From the sequence record MN871453.1: a DNA stretch of 64,000 nucleotides; one strand, given 5' to 3'. Position numbers and translations under genes: made by a program. Below are positions 19,205 through 29,540 of this stretch, in pieces (position 1 is the first letter of the stretch; each line of letters begins with the position of its first letter). The notes under the pieces were generated by a model. That model ran no database searches, was not told where the DNA came from, and saw nothing but the letters and a program-made list of their open reading frames with translations.

Positions 19205-20655
19205 AAGTGTCTCCCGTATAAGAAATTGTTGATTGTGGAACGCACAGGTTTCCCAATCTCCATGTTGCTATTCAAACTCAGAGGTTTATTGAGATCGAAA
19301 GTCCCCGTGTGCGGAGAAAGCTTCCGTATAGCAATAAAGTCCTCACGTGAAAGAATAGGCATTCCCGCGAGCTGGTCCCCGTCGAAATCGCAGTTGGGGG
19401 CTCGGAGCACGAGTAAGCTTAGGCCGATGGTATTGTCGTGAGGGTCTGTCTTGAAGCGTGTAACGAACAGAGACTGTACTGAACGCAGGTTTAAGGTCGG
19501 GTTACGACCCAAGATCTGCGGTAAGCCACGTTTACCCTGAAGCGTTTCGTAAGGAGAACGATCAATCAGACGATTGAGAAGATCGTGCATGTACGGGTCG
19601 TATTGCCCTACACAATCCAAAATGAACCGCTCACTCTGCGCCAAGGTTAATCCGTCACGCATTAACATCCCAAGAAGATGCGTATGATACAAGGTTATAC
19701 CCATACCCCAAGGCATGTGCATTTCTTCGTAGTCATGTGCACCGGACAACGAACTCACCACGCCACGATAAGTCGGCCCTGTACGGGAACCGAAGATTTG
19801 TTTACGATACCAACCAGGTTTCGAACCCAAAACATTCTTATCGACAAACTCACGATACGCAATCAGCATTGTTAATGCTTTAAACGTATTATGCTCACGG
19901 GTGTTTTGATAACGGGGTTCCTCTTTCCCAACGAGCCCGTAAATGGCCCTTGCTGCGTCAACCACATTGACATAGCCCTCCGCGCAAAAGCGCGTTTTGT
20001 TTGAGAGTTCTGTAATGATACTCCGCCGACTGGGTAACGGGATATATTGCGAAAAGAGGAGATGACGATTGTTGCGCATGAAGTCATAAACTTCGGTTCG
20101 CTTCTGGTCGGGTTTGAAGACAGGGGCCGTCATCAATAATTCCAGAATTTCGTCGAAGTGATCAATGAAGTGGTTATACCCTCTTGGTATCCCTAACTTC
20201 TTGAATCGTTCATAGACTATGCTGTTGCGATTCTTAGGCTCATACCGCGTATTACAGAGCCATTCTATCGCACTAAAATCGTCTTGCTTAAAAGCCCGCA
20301 TTAACATATCGAGCGCATTAACGCGTATAAAGGCTCTAACGCCATGAGGGACTTTCATCCAAACACTGGACTCAAAACCTCGGTCAATCGGTGACATCAC
20401 TTCAGTGTCACAATACGGACACACGGTATTGGCGGTGCCAGGTTTGGTTGAGGTATTATAACGACCAGTGGTCATCCCACATTCACACGAGGGTAACGTA
20501 TCGATCACGTCGCCTTCATACTCTGTCATGGTTAATTCACGGACAGGGTCAATGAGTTCATATTCGTCGGAACGAATTTCATTGAGAATAATAGGAGGAC
20601 GTTTGAGCCGTTGTATGTCTTTGTCGTAGTCAGGTAACGCGTAATAAATGCCCAT
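19201..20655 (-). CDS. non-virion RNA polymerase beta-prime N-terminal/catalytic subunit (phiKZ gp55/56.1-like)
   Basis: Zn ribbon CECG...CPYC, RNPTL, catalytic NCDFDGD. Confidence 0.92.
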   Translation of the reverse strand: MGIYYALPDYDKDIQRLKRPPIILNEIRSDEYELIDPVRELTMTEYEGDVIDTLPSCECGMTTGRYNTSTKPGTANTVCPYCDTEVMSPIDRGFESSVWMKVPHGVRAFIRVNALDMLMRAFKQDDFSAIEWLCNTRYEPKNRNSIVYERFKKLGIPRGYNHFIDHFDEILELLMTAPVFKPDQKRTEVYDFMRNNRHLLFSQYIPLPSRRSIITELSNKTRFCAEGYVNVVDAARAIYGLVGKEEPRYQNTREHNTFKALTMLIAYREFVDKNVLGSKPGWYRKQIFGSRTGPTYRGVVSSLSGAHDYEEMHMPWGMGITLYHTHLLGMLMRDGLTLAQSERFILDCVGQYDPYMHDLLNRLIDRSPYETLQGKRGLPQILGRNPTLNLRSVQSLFVTRFKTDPHDNTIGLSLLVLRAPNCDFDGDQLAGMPILSREDFIAIRKLSPHTGTFDLNKPLSLNSNMEIGKPVRSTINNFLYGRHF

Positions 20656-20685
20656 GATTCCCCTCTAAGCATTAAAAGTCAAGAC

Positions 20686-20717
20686 AAAAAAAGAAAGGAC
20701 CGAAGTCCTTTCTTTTT
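20686..20717 (-). terminator. terminator after chimallin
   Basis: AAAGAAAGGAC-CGAA-GTCCTTTCTTT with U-tract on - strand. Confidence 0.8.
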
Positions 20718-20738
20718 AGAGTATTACCAAACTACGAA

Positions 20739-22640
20739 TTAACGACCGCCGAAACCGTAAGAAGAACGAGAACGAGAACGGAAACCTGCACCGTCGTAGC
20801 CGTTGGATTCGTAACGAGAAGTATAACCACGACGGCTGGTACGGCCATCCTGAGTAATACCATCAGCGGTAACTACCATGCCTGCTGCGGACAGTGCGCG
20901 GGTCAGGCCGAACAGCCAGTTGGCGTTCACTTCGATGACGTCTGCACGGTCGGTGATCTGATACTGACCGCCGGTGTAGTCTTCGATGATTTTTTCCATC
21001 TGGTCCATACGGACTTGCAGATCGATCGAATCGTCGTTCAGGCAACGATCGTAATCAGCAACCACCTGCGGAGATTTCAGACCGAAGTTGGTCAGAATTT
21101 CGTAGTAACCGATTTCACGCAGGTCACGTTTATGACCCTGTTCGTCGATCCAGGTGCCCAGCAGTTGCGGCATGTCGCGGATGATACCCACGTCGTACAG
21201 ATCTGAGGTGTTCATGATGGTAGAGAAACGATCGCCGGAGATGTTGTCGGCGGCTTCGATCAGCACGTCAACAGCTTCTTTACGGTTCGGGTTCGTTTCG
21301 TCGCACGCATCAACCAGCAGCTGCAGCAGCGGGGTGTTGATGGAAGAACGCGGGATCTGGATCTGAACGATCTGGCTGTTCTCACGAACAACGTTAGCAA
21401 CCAGGCCAGCCCATTCGTCGTCGTTCAGAACTTCCGGGAGTTTTTCAAACTCGCCTTTCAGTTCGTAGGTCAGAGCTTCAGCGGTACGCAGCGCGCCTTT
21501 GGTGTTCAGCGGACGCAGACCCTGAATCAGAGCCGGTTCAGTCATCAGTGCAGATACCTGTGCCAGAGAGAACATCAGGTATTCAGGAATCGCCACGCAT
21601 TTCAGATCGCTGATCACCAGAGCGATACCGTAGATACGGGTATCGAAGTCTTCCGCTTTCTTTTTGCGCAGTGCAAAGAAACTGTTGGACTGCTCTTCTT
21701 CGCCTTTGTAATACAGGTCGACGTGGGAGATCAGACCGGCCAGCTGAGTGGACTCACGCTCGGACAATACGTTAACAATACCGCCACGACGTTCGTCACG
21801 CGGCGCCACCATCAGGTCAACAACGATATCGGCGCGATGCGGCATTTCGGTGATGTCGTCAGCAACGTCACCTTGATGGAACGCGATGTTCGCCAGCAGA
21901 TCGTTATTTTTCAGGTCCAGCGCCGCAATGCTGAACTCGTTAGTGGTCAGGATCGCGTTAACGGAATAGATGATCTGGTTGATCACCGCAGAAGCGATAC
22001 GCTCCAGTTCTGCGTCGGTCGGTTTGTCCAGGAAGATCGGGGACGCCGCCAGATGCTGAACCTGGCCGGTGAATGCCGGGTTGGACAGGGCAATCAGATC
22101 GTCCAGGGACTCTTTATAGCCGATCGCTTCGTACTGGTCGTTAGCGGTGGTGGTGAAACGCACGGTGTGGTCACGACCAACCTGCACGGCCTGTTTCGGC
22201 ATCACGGTGTTACCCACGAAGATCACGGTAGACGCGAAGATCATGCCGTTGTCTTTCAGACGGGCAGCGATGACCGCAGCATCCAGTTTCATTTGGGTAT
22301 CTTTGCCTGTTGCCGGCGTTACCGTCCATTCCAGGACACCGTTCAGGCTGATCGCGGCGCTGTGCTGTTTCTGGATTTCTTTGGTCAGTTCGACGAATTT
22401 GGCTACGTCGCCTGCCGCAGAGTTCAGGGACAGTACTGGCGCATCTTTACGGAAGTTATAGGATGAAGTCACTTTTTTCTCCTGACGGGAATCATTTTCG
22501 TTGGAACGGGTGTAAAAGGAACGGCGGCGTGCAGAGGATTCTTCCTGGCGACCTTCGTCGCGAGAAGTTTCCTGCGCACCAGTTTCTACTGCTGCTTCTT
22601 CTGCTTTGTTTTTGTTGTGATCGTCATCACGTAAGGCCAT
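20739..22640 (-). CDS. chmA: chimallin, major phage nuclear shell protein (phiKZ gp54-like)
   Basis: 633 aa, immediately upstream of beta-prime N, disordered N- and C-terminal arms, strong highly-expressed codon bias, dedicated promoter; size and synteny match chimallin. Confidence 0.8.
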   Translation of the reverse strand: MALRDDDHNKNKAEEAAVETGAQETSRDEGRQEESSARRRSFYTRSNENDSRQEKKVTSSYNFRKDAPVLSLNSAAGDVAKFVELTKEIQKQHSAAISLNGVLEWTVTPATGKDTQMKLDAAVIAARLKDNGMIFASTVIFVGNTVMPKQAVQVGRDHTVRFTTTANDQYEAIGYKESLDDLIALSNPAFTGQVQHLAASPIFLDKPTDAELERIASAVINQIIYSVNAILTTNEFSIAALDLKNNDLLANIAFHQGDVADDITEMPHRADIVVDLMVAPRDERRGGIVNVLSERESTQLAGLISHVDLYYKGEEEQSNSFFALRKKKAEDFDTRIYGIALVISDLKCVAIPEYLMFSLAQVSALMTEPALIQGLRPLNTKGALRTAEALTYELKGEFEKLPEVLNDDEWAGLVANVVRENSQIVQIQIPRSSINTPLLQLLVDACDETNPNRKEAVDVLIEAADNISGDRFSTIMNTSDLYDVGIIRDMPQLLGTWIDEQGHKRDLREIGYYEILTNFGLKSPQVVADYDRCLNDDSIDLQVRMDQMEKIIEDYTGGQYQITDRADVIEVNANWLFGLTRALSAAGMVVTADGITQDGRTSRRGYTSRYESNGYDGAGFRSRSRSSYGFGGR

Positions 22641-22703
22641 CTTTAAATCTCCTAGGAGTTAAAACAATTTTTATCGCGATTCTGAAGGTACTCATTACCT
22701 TCT

Positions 22704-22736
22704 TCACTATTGTGATATAGATGTGAAAAAAGTTTG
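22704..22736 (-). promoter_or_regulatory. probable early promoter of chimallin
   Basis: AAACTTTTTTCACATCTATATCAC on - strand: T-tract plus TATATCAC core like 41240/62770 copies. Confidence 0.6.
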
Positions 22737-22924
22737 AAATGGGTCTTTTATAGCGATGAGATATAATAGACCTCACTCAATAGAGAGTCAATCGGGTTTC
22801 CGATTAGAACTTTCTACATATAATAGTCATTATGCCCATTTAGGGCTAGTCCTTCGTTATGAAGGAGTTCTTTCATAATATAGCAGATGCACTTTAAAAA
22901 TGATTAGTCGCTCGGAGAAAACTA

Positions 22925-24019
22925 ATGATCTCAGCTTTCGAATTTCTAAACCGTCAATCCGTGAAGACGTTTTTTCCGGGACAACTCACCTTGCTGCGCA
23001 ACAATGCCGACATTAATTTAAAGAACATTAAACAACATTACCGTAATAGCATCCGTGCTGTTGAGAGTGATCATATACTGATTCAGATACTTCAACATTT
23101 ACCGTCGCGGGTAGACATGAACGATGAACAGTATTATCGATTCTGTCACTCCGCCAGTAAACTGACACACAGGGCGTTGAACCTCAATACGGAAACCGTG
23201 CTTTCTGGTAAAGCCAGTAAACCATGGTTTTACGGTCAAGGTATGACTGAGTTCTACATCGTTGAAGAAAAAGATCTCCCTTATCGATTCGACGCAAAGA
23301 ACTACTGGCAAGAACTTATTCCAGTACGCCCAATTTCGCACAATCTGACAGGGCTTTCTTTTAACGCCCGTGACGGGCAGCACTTTAGTCACTATAAAGG
23401 AAACGCTTTCCTGTCTATCGACATCGGTCTTCTGGCAGTCCAGTATCGGCACTGGTCGCAGTTTAACGTTGGTACAGAAGCGAACCCGCATCCCGTTTCT
23501 ATCAACCAATTTGTTTATCAGTACCCTTTAGTCAACATGATCGAAGAGGACATGAATTTTTGTTTCTTCAATCGTCTTCGGTTGTCGACAGGGTATATCC
23601 CGGTTAACGATGACGCCGCGCGACACGGGTTGGCAATCTACGATTTACGTCCACTGGTTGATAAAGTCTGGGAGCAGTGGTTACAACGCGCCAGAAGCGC
23701 CCCACGGCGCTTCATTGACCTTCCGGCACAAATCCCCGGGTTATTTACAGAAACACTCCTTGAAGCGATTACGATCCCGGATATCTTTTTCAACCGTCAG
23801 AACCTCGGTCTTTACACACTGGCAAATTTACCGTACTTAAGTACCCTGTCCCGTCTTTCTGGCGAAACAGGGTCTAAAGACAACGGCAGTGTAAAAACTC
23901 AACTGGAACGTTGGTACGCGCGTTTTGTTAACGGAGGTTACCTGACACCGATAACGGGGATTAATCCTCAAGATACTCTACAGGTTCTGTTGGACGAAGT
24001 GCTGATTCCACTTCGTTAA
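22925..24019 (+). CDS. putative virion structural protein (phiKZ gp52-like)
   Basis: 364 aa on the late strand between chimallin and DNA polymerase; 59-bp convergent overlap with pol. Confidence 0.55.
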   Translation: MISAFEFLNRQSVKTFFPGQLTLLRNNADINLKNIKQHYRNSIRAVESDHILIQILQHLPSRVDMNDEQYYRFCHSASKLTHRALNLNTETVLSGKASKPWFYGQGMTEFYIVEEKDLPYRFDAKNYWQELIPVRPISHNLTGLSFNARDGQHFSHYKGNAFLSIDIGLLAVQYRHWSQFNVGTEANPHPVSINQFVYQYPLVNMIEEDMNFCFFNRLRLSTGYIPVNDDAARHGLAIYDLRPLVDKVWEQWLQRARSAPRRFIDLPAQIPGLFTETLLEAITIPDIFFNRQNLGLYTLANLPYLSTLSRLSGETGSKDNGSVKTQLERWYARFVNGGYLTPITGINPQDTLQVLLDEVLIPLR

Positions 24020-26177
24020 AGTCAGAGAAAGCATCCTCACGAGAAATTTGATCAAAGACCAGTTTAGATTGGTCTTTATCAAAGAGGTAGTATTCCAGTG
24101 ACTCAAGAACCAAGTAGAAAGGTGACATGGCACTGCCGATAATTTTACGAATGTTTGTCGCCTCAAGGATATCCTCTGGAATCCCGATTGACATGACAAT
24201 ACTTTCTGGCAGCAGGATACGACCCAAATAAGTCTTATTCTTCGCTGCCAGGAATTGTCGCATTCGTTTCGCCATTTCCTGATCTTTCCAGTTCGCTAAC
24301 CATTTCTCCGTTTTGGTTTTCGTATCGTGAATAATGCTGAACGACAACGCAGAGTATGGCGGTGGTTCAATAAGACCAAACTTCGGCGCAAAGACTTCTT
24401 GCCAGAGTTCGTAGTTCAGATACGGCGTATTCTGTTCTTCGGTCTTCTTAGTGTACCCTTCCTCTTCTTTAACACGTGCGGCTTTAAGGTACGTGGTCTC
24501 CCCTTTACGAATCGATTCGTAGATCGTATATTCCCACCGGGCTACCCACCGTAAGTAACGACTCAGTTCCAACATTTTCCCTTCCGTAACACTGTCGACA
24601 ATCTCTTCGATCATCAAATCAAGATCTTTACGTACTCCGGCCGGTGAGTTGGAAGCAATGAGCTCTACGCCTTTCTTCTCTCGGTCTTCGATATAGACCC
24701 CTTCTTGTACGCGTTTGTTTGCCGCATAGTGCTTAGCACGGCTGGTCAACATGAACACCGGGAAAAGGAATTCGTTCTTCATTGCCAGACGGAAGACTTC
24801 TTTCTCGTCCTGAACGCCCATGTTTACGGTCATGGTAGCAAGGTTATGCGTGGTCGTCTGCGAGACAAGGAACGCAATCCCTTCAGCCAGAATGATATTT
24901 TCTTTCGTTAGCAAATCATTATCAGAGTACCAACGAATCCAATCCTGAACCGTAAAGATAGCGGAGTCGGTATCAGACCCTACACCACTACGTCTAACTG
25001 CGTGAGGGAAGTCAGAAATCAGGAACGGGATGTTTCTTGACATCAGGAACGTATCAATGATTTCTTTATATTTGTCCAGCGTCTGGTAAATGAGCGCACA
25101 GGTGGAACCTAAACGCCAGTAATCGGGTTTAGCAATAACTTCTTCGTGGAATGGGTTTTTATCGCCAATGATTTCCGGGAACATAACCGTGATCTGTGCG
25201 ATGGTGTCTTCATCGACAAACTTCATCCATCCTTCGTAGTCAGGTACCGGCGTTTCTGCTGGGGTGACTAAACCATGAATCAGATCCCTTACAATCGCCT
25301 CGTTGAATTGACGAATATGATAAAGGTCGCCCATGTAAACGAACGCTGCTCGTTCGTAATCGCTACAGCCTTTCAGGAAACGTTTTAAATTGCGGTCTCC
25401 CCCTTCTGATCGCCAGTAGAGGTCAGACGAATACGACAGTACCGCTAACGTTTCTTCAACCGACGGGATATGCAAATTAAACTTCTTAACGGTATTTTCT
25501 ACTTTTGCCCAATCGGTCAGTTCAAGGATACTGGTCAGGTTAGCGTAGACAACGTCAGGTCGCCAGTAGTGACGAGAGCCAGACAATAAACGGTCATTGT
25601 TGGAGTTGGCAATACCGTTGGCTATACGACAGCAACTTGTCAATACCGGGTGCGTTGAGCGGTCGTAAAGCGGTGAGTGCTCAGAACGGTGGTTACCAGA
25701 GATGGCGTTGTTCAGAATCTTTTTGTTGTTCTGATTGTTGTTGTGGAAGGTTGCCTTAATAAAGTTACCGACTTTCTTCGCTTCAAACATTTCATGTTTT
25801 TCGGCGGAGCGCTTTTTCAAGTTACCTTTGATATATTCAGAGAGTAACGATAACTTTTGGTGCGGCGGTAACACGGTCGTGAACGTAGGTGCCATTAACC
25901 ATTCGTTATCGAGAATGTCTTTGAGGTACTGTGAGAAAGGTACCATAATCGGTTTTTGATCCAGATTCTCATCGCGTTCCAACATGCAAAAAACAGGATC
26001 GGTCACGCCGTTATCCGGGTTTTTCAGTTCCTCGACAACAAAGTCACGACATTCTTCGAAAGGTCTTCCAGTGCTGCGTTGTATGAATAAAGCAGTTTGA
26101 ATAATGTACGACTCGTGCACGCCAAGGTCTCGATGGTAATCCTTAGCGGTGCGCGTAAACGGGTTAGAAACTTTCAC
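23961..26177 (-). CDS. family B DNA polymerase, palm/thumb part of split enzyme (phiKZ gp50-like)
   Basis: Motif B KKILNNAISG, motif C GSDTDSAIF, KHY and KKGVEL; no exonuclease motifs seen. Confidence 0.88.
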   Translation of the reverse strand: MKVSNPFTRTAKDYHRDLGVHESYIIQTALFIQRSTGRPFEECRDFVVEELKNPDNGVTDPVFCMLERDENLDQKPIMVPFSQYLKDILDNEWLMAPTFTTVLPPHQKLSLLSEYIKGNLKKRSAEKHEMFEAKKVGNFIKATFHNNNQNNKKILNNAISGNHRSEHSPLYDRSTHPVLTSCCRIANGIANSNNDRLLSGSRHYWRPDVVYANLTSILELTDWAKVENTVKKFNLHIPSVEETLAVLSYSSDLYWRSEGGDRNLKRFLKGCSDYERAAFVYMGDLYHIRQFNEAIVRDLIHGLVTPAETPVPDYEGWMKFVDEDTIAQITVMFPEIIGDKNPFHEEVIAKPDYWRLGSTCALIYQTLDKYKEIIDTFLMSRNIPFLISDFPHAVRRSGVGSDTDSAIFTVQDWIRWYSDNDLLTKENIILAEGIAFLVSQTTTHNLATMTVNMGVQDEKEVFRLAMKNEFLFPVFMLTSRAKHYAANKRVQEGVYIEDREKKGVELIASNSPAGVRKDLDLMIEEIVDSVTEGKMLELSRYLRWVARWEYTIYESIRKGETTYLKAARVKEEEGYTKKTEEQNTPYLNYELWQEVFAPKFGLIEPPPYSALSFSIIHDTKTKTEKWLANWKDQEMAKRMRQFLAAKNKTYLGRILLPESIVMSIGIPEDILEATNIRKIIGSAMSPFYLVLESLEYYLFDKDQSKLVFDQISREDAFSDFNEVESALRPTEPVEYLED

Positions 26178-26225
26178 GCTATCGTCCTATGTAATCGGTC
26201 TTCTACAGGAATAGTACGGTCACTG

Positions 26226-26285
26226 AAAAAAGAAAAAAAAAAGAAAAGATAACCTTCTCCTGTAACCTTTCGGTTACAGGAGAAG
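26226..26285 (-). terminator. terminator closing the small-gene array operon
   Basis: 14-bp stem CTTCTCCTGTAACC/GGTTACAGGAGAAG, GAAA loop on -, long U-tract. Confidence 0.8.
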
Positions 26286-26292
26286 AGAATAG

Positions 26293-26715
26293 TTAACTGG
26301 TGACGATGGTGAAATTGTTGAAGCCTGCGCTGTTAATCGCCAGCCGGATCTTTTCAATATCGCCTGTACCAATCCCGGGAATAGTGACAAGGGCATTCAC
26401 TGTCTCAACAACGTTGATAGTATCAACTTTGATCCAGGGTAATCCGATGACGCGTTCTGTGCCGTCTTCTAAGGTCAATACCAACCAGTTGTAAGAACGG
26501 GCATTGTCTTCAACGCTACCCGATGGCAGAAGAGGATAAACCTTCGCGTGCTCTGCTTCCGGGTCAATACCGAATTTAGCAGCACCTCTGGCCGACACGA
26601 CGTCAGTCGGAACCGCGTTACGGAAAACATCCCCGTAAAGCGCCGACGGATAAACCTGAAAGGTCACCGTGGAGTTCAGTGTAAATTTACCGAGGATGAG
26701 GTCTGAAGACGCCAT
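26293..26715 (-). CDS. conserved hypothetical protein upstream of DNA polymerase
   Basis: 140 aa, beta-rich, abuts upstream gene. Confidence 0.65.
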   Translation of the reverse strand: MASSDLILGKFTLNSTVTFQVYPSALYGDVFRNAVPTDVVSARGAAKFGIDPEAEHAKVYPLLPSGSVEDNARSYNWLVLTLEDGTERVIGLPWIKVDTINVVETVNALVTIPGIGTGDIEKIRLAINSAGFNNFTIVTS

Positions 26716-27075
26716 TTAATTTTCTCCCGATTCGAAAAGCAACATTAACGTAGTAGAGTCGAAGTACTCGAGGTCTACATAACGAAAGGTTGTTTTACTG
26801 GTGATTTCTTCCACTCGTTCTTTCAAGGTTTCGTGGGTGAGAAAAAGATGACCAGCAATCTCACCGTGTTCAATAGAAGGAGCAGTAGTTTTCAATCCGC
26901 TGTCAATGACTTCCAATACGAGCTTCCTGGTCGAGTCCTTTAGGTATTCGATGTCAATAACCGTATCATCATCTTCATCGCATTGGACTTCGTCTAAAAG
27001 ACCCTGATAAAAATAACTAAAGATTAAAGGGAGTCGTACAAGGGAAGTAAGAACTTTTATTTTCATGTTCTTCAA
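26716..27075 (-). CDS. array protein 10 (putative paralogue family)
   Basis: 119 aa; C-terminal RYVDLEYFDSTTLMLLF. Confidence 0.6.
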   Translation of the reverse strand: MKNMKIKVLTSLVRLPLIFSYFYQGLLDEVQCDEDDDTVIDIEYLKDSTRKLVLEVIDSGLKTTAPSIEHGEIAGHLFLTHETLKERVEEITSKTTFRYVDLEYFDSTTLMLLFESGEN

Positions 27076-27445
27076 TCCTTAAACCAAGAGAATAACTTCC
27101 CGTGTACAGGAATAAGTTCTCAAGATGATAACGTTTCTCTAATAGGAAGGGATGGACTTTCTCCATCTCACGGTAAAGTCGAGTATGGAGACAATCGTAG
27201 TTTTCCAGAATGATTTCCATGCCGTACTCGAGTAAACCAGGATCACTCGCAATAAAGAATCCTTTTAAGACCTCGGGGTGCATCGCCATTTTTTCCGGTT
27301 CCAAAATATCTTCGACAAAAAGCGACGAAAGATCACGTGCTTTTATCCAGACATCTCTTGGCATATTATCTAGGAGCGTCGATAAACCGGAATAAAAAGA
27401 CTGGCAGGGTAAAACAACCAACGTTGCATTTTTGTTTTTCACCAT
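27017..27445 (-). CDS. array protein 9
   Basis: 142 aa; RYHLENLFLYTGSYSLGLRI. Confidence 0.6.
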   Translation of the reverse strand: MVKNKNATLVVLPCQSFYSGLSTLLDNMPRDVWIKARDLSSLFVEDILEPEKMAMHPEVLKGFFIASDPGLLEYGMEIILENYDCLHTRLYREMEKVHPFLLEKRYHLENLFLYTGSYSLGLRIEEHENKSSYFPCTTPFNL

Positions 27446-27903
27446 ACCTCCCGACTAAGGTCCTCCACTACAAATGAGATTGCGTTGTTTCGTAAGAGTA
27501 CGTCGCCGATATCGATATCTTCGTGATATCGGAGTTGACTCCTCTCGAAGGACAACAGTAAATCGGTCGCAATCACTTCAGCCATATCTTCAATGTAACA
27601 AAGCAATCGGTGTCGAGTACCCCTATCTAACCGTAACTGATCGCTGGGATCATCTGCATCAGGGACAAAGAAAAGATCAATCGTGTCATCGAGTCTTTCC
27701 GATGCCTCCTGCTGACCGAAGTGCTTAACGTCCAATACATAAGCGATGGTACAGCCGATAAAGTCAGTCACTTCAAAACGAATCTTGTCTCGGGGGATAT
27801 AACGATTAAACCCATCGATATATCGACTGAAGAAAAGGTGGAAGTTTGACGTTGGCCAATCCTTCACCGTAAAGATTAAGATAGTACGAAAGAAACGGGA
27901 CAT
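27439..27903 (-). CDS. array protein 8
   Basis: 154 aa; IDIGDVLLRNNAISFVV. Confidence 0.6.
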   Translation of the reverse strand: MSRFFRTILIFTVKDWPTSNFHLFFSRYIDGFNRYIPRDKIRFEVTDFIGCTIAYVLDVKHFGQQEASERLDDTIDLFFVPDADDPSDQLRLDRGTRHRLLCYIEDMAEVIATDLLLSFERSQLRYHEDIDIGDVLLRNNAISFVVEDLSREVW

Positions 27904-28313
27904 TAAGATCCTCTGCGAACAGTCAATTGGAAGGCGATGCCGTGGTGGCGTAATTCTACAAAATCAATACGGGGGGAACGTGAAAAGTTACTTCGTATCT
28001 CCCGTCGATAATCACGATAAAACGAGACGAAGAGTTCTTCCGCTGTTTCTATCAACTCTTCCGTTGTAACATCCGGCATCTTAGCGTGCGGATACGAACG
28101 TAAGAAATTCTCGATTTCAACTCTGATACGCCGCGTACCTGATGACGATAGATTTTCTTCGTCGGTGCCGATAATGAAGTCGAATATCATTTGCAGAACA
28201 AGTCGGCGATAGAGTAAATCGCAATACATCAGTTCGTGCAGTATGGCAGCGGTTTCTCTTCGATAAGGCAAAACAAAAAGACGGGTCGTAGTTTCAGTCA
28301 CTGACGGTAACAT
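27903..28313 (-). CDS. array protein 7
   Basis: 136 aa; RIDFVELRHHGIAFQL. Confidence 0.6.
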   Translation of the reverse strand: MLPSVTETTTRLFVLPYRRETAAILHELMYCDLLYRRLVLQMIFDFIIGTDEENLSSSGTRRIRVEIENFLRSYPHAKMPDVTTEELIETAEELFVSFYRDYRREIRSNFSRSPRIDFVELRHHGIAFQLTVRRGS

Positions 28314-28761
28314 AGAGGTCTCCTCTAACGAATCTTACGTTTCTGATTTGATCAGGACTCAAAACGATATCTTTCATGGCTAAAGTCTTCCTTGATATCT
28401 TCGAGCCTAATAATTGAATATCGATGTAGAAATTTCGCTTGAATTCTTCTTTGAGCTTCTCGTCCAGATGTTCCATTCCGTCGGAGCACAATAAGTTATC
28501 TAAGACCTTTTCCGCTTCTTCGTTAGCCTTGAAAAAGAAGGGCATGAAGAAGGTTCTTTGGTAACGTGATAAAGAAAATAGAAAAGCCGGGAGAATAATC
28601 TCCCGGCTGTGTATTGAGTATAGGTTTTCTATTTTCTTTATTTCTGACGCGTCCCAATGCAGGTCATAGATGAAGGTTTGTGAATAATCTAATCGACCGT
28701 TGGTCACGTGAGATCTCCCATCCATAATAGTCAATGATACGTTCTTCGCTTGTTTTCTCAA
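28294..28761 (-). CDS. array protein 6 (likely GTG start at 28707)
   Basis: QIRNVRFVRGDLYVTV; SD GGGAG before GTG. Confidence 0.55.
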   Translation of the reverse strand: MRKQAKNVSLTIMDGRSHVTNGRLDYSQTFIYDLHWDASEIKKIENLYSIHSREIILPAFLFSLSRYQRTFFMPFFFKANEEAEKVLDNLLCSDGMEHLDEKLKEEFKRNFYIDIQLLGSKISRKTLAMKDIVLSPDQIRNVRFVRGDLYVTVSD

Positions 28762-29038
28762 GAAACGTTTTGATTTCTTGTAGCGACAATTCCAGAAGTG
28801 CGTCAGTATCAGATAAATTTAGTTCAGGCGTAGAAAAAAAGGAAAGAAGTCGTTGCTCCATCGTAGAGTAACCATAAATCAGTTTCTCCAGACTAAAGAG
28901 CAAAAGTAAACCATACGCCTCGCCAAACGTCACCGGCTCTAAAGTGTCAGAGAAAAAGCAACGGTAGATCTTCTCGAGGCGAGGTCGTAATAACGCGATG
29001 TCAATAATCTCTATTTTGTTCTTCAGATTGTTCTTCAC
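28664..29038 (-). CDS. array protein 5 (GTG start inferred at 29038)
   Basis: EIIDIALL...RIIDYYGWEISRDQRSIRLF. Confidence 0.55.
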   Translation of the reverse strand: MKNNLKNKIEIIDIALLRPRLEKIYRCFFSDTLEPVTFGEAYGLLLLFSLEKLIYGYSTMEQRLLSFFSTPELNLSDTDALLELSLQEIKTFLEKTSEERIIDYYGWEISRDQRSIRLFTNLHL

Positions 29039-29540
29039 GTTTTTCTCGTTGTATCCTTTCCCAATCCCGAATTCGCCAATCGCCAAGGTTCTCGACAATC
29101 AATGCGTTGTTTCTGACTTCGACCACCACAATTTCATCCCAGAACCTATTTTTTCGTATCCCCATGTCACGAAAATACTCTACCGCGAACACGATAAAGA
29201 TATCGATGACTTCGCGGTAGAGTTCTTGGGACGGCTCATCCACGATCTCTTCGTTGTACGGATTAAAACCAATAGGCTCTAACGTGTAACCTTTAAACCA
29301 ACCACGAATAGCAGCATCGTCGTCCCAGCATTCCCAAGGATATTTAGCGTCTTTATTGATGGCATTCCAAAAGAGACGGAGGGCGGTTTCCTTAAGATCT
29401 TCTACACGAAGGTTCTTGTCAGCGTACCGGTCGATAACACCGTGTTGGCGACGGACTGAATAGAGAATGGACGATAGTCGTCTGGCGAGATAATCAATAT
29501 CAATAACATAACGCATAATAGAGACCTTATCGATAAACAA
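29001..29540 (-). CDS. array protein 4 (likely start 29516, MRYVIDIDYL)
   Basis: EIVVVEVRNNALIVEN. Confidence 0.6.
   Translation of the reverse strand: MFIDKVSIMRYVIDIDYLARRLSSILYSVRRQHGVIDRYADKNLRVEDLKETALRLFWNAINKDAKYPWECWDDDAAIRGWFKGYTLEPIGFNPYNEEIVDEPSQELYREVIDIFIVFAVEYFRDMGIRKNRFWDEIVVVEVRNNALIVENLGDWRIRDWERIQREKREEQSEEQNRDY

Noticed and set aside
21723-22466. 247-aa + strand ORF antisense to chimallin, and similar shadow ORFs over the RNAP, ChmC, sheath and terminase genes
   Set aside because: Expected by-product of strong codon bias on the coding strand; no SD, no motifs, fully nested
23961-26177. DNA polymerase lacking an exonuclease domain as a pseudogene
   Set aside because: A split family-B polymerase is normal for phiKZ-like phages; the other half is expected elsewhere
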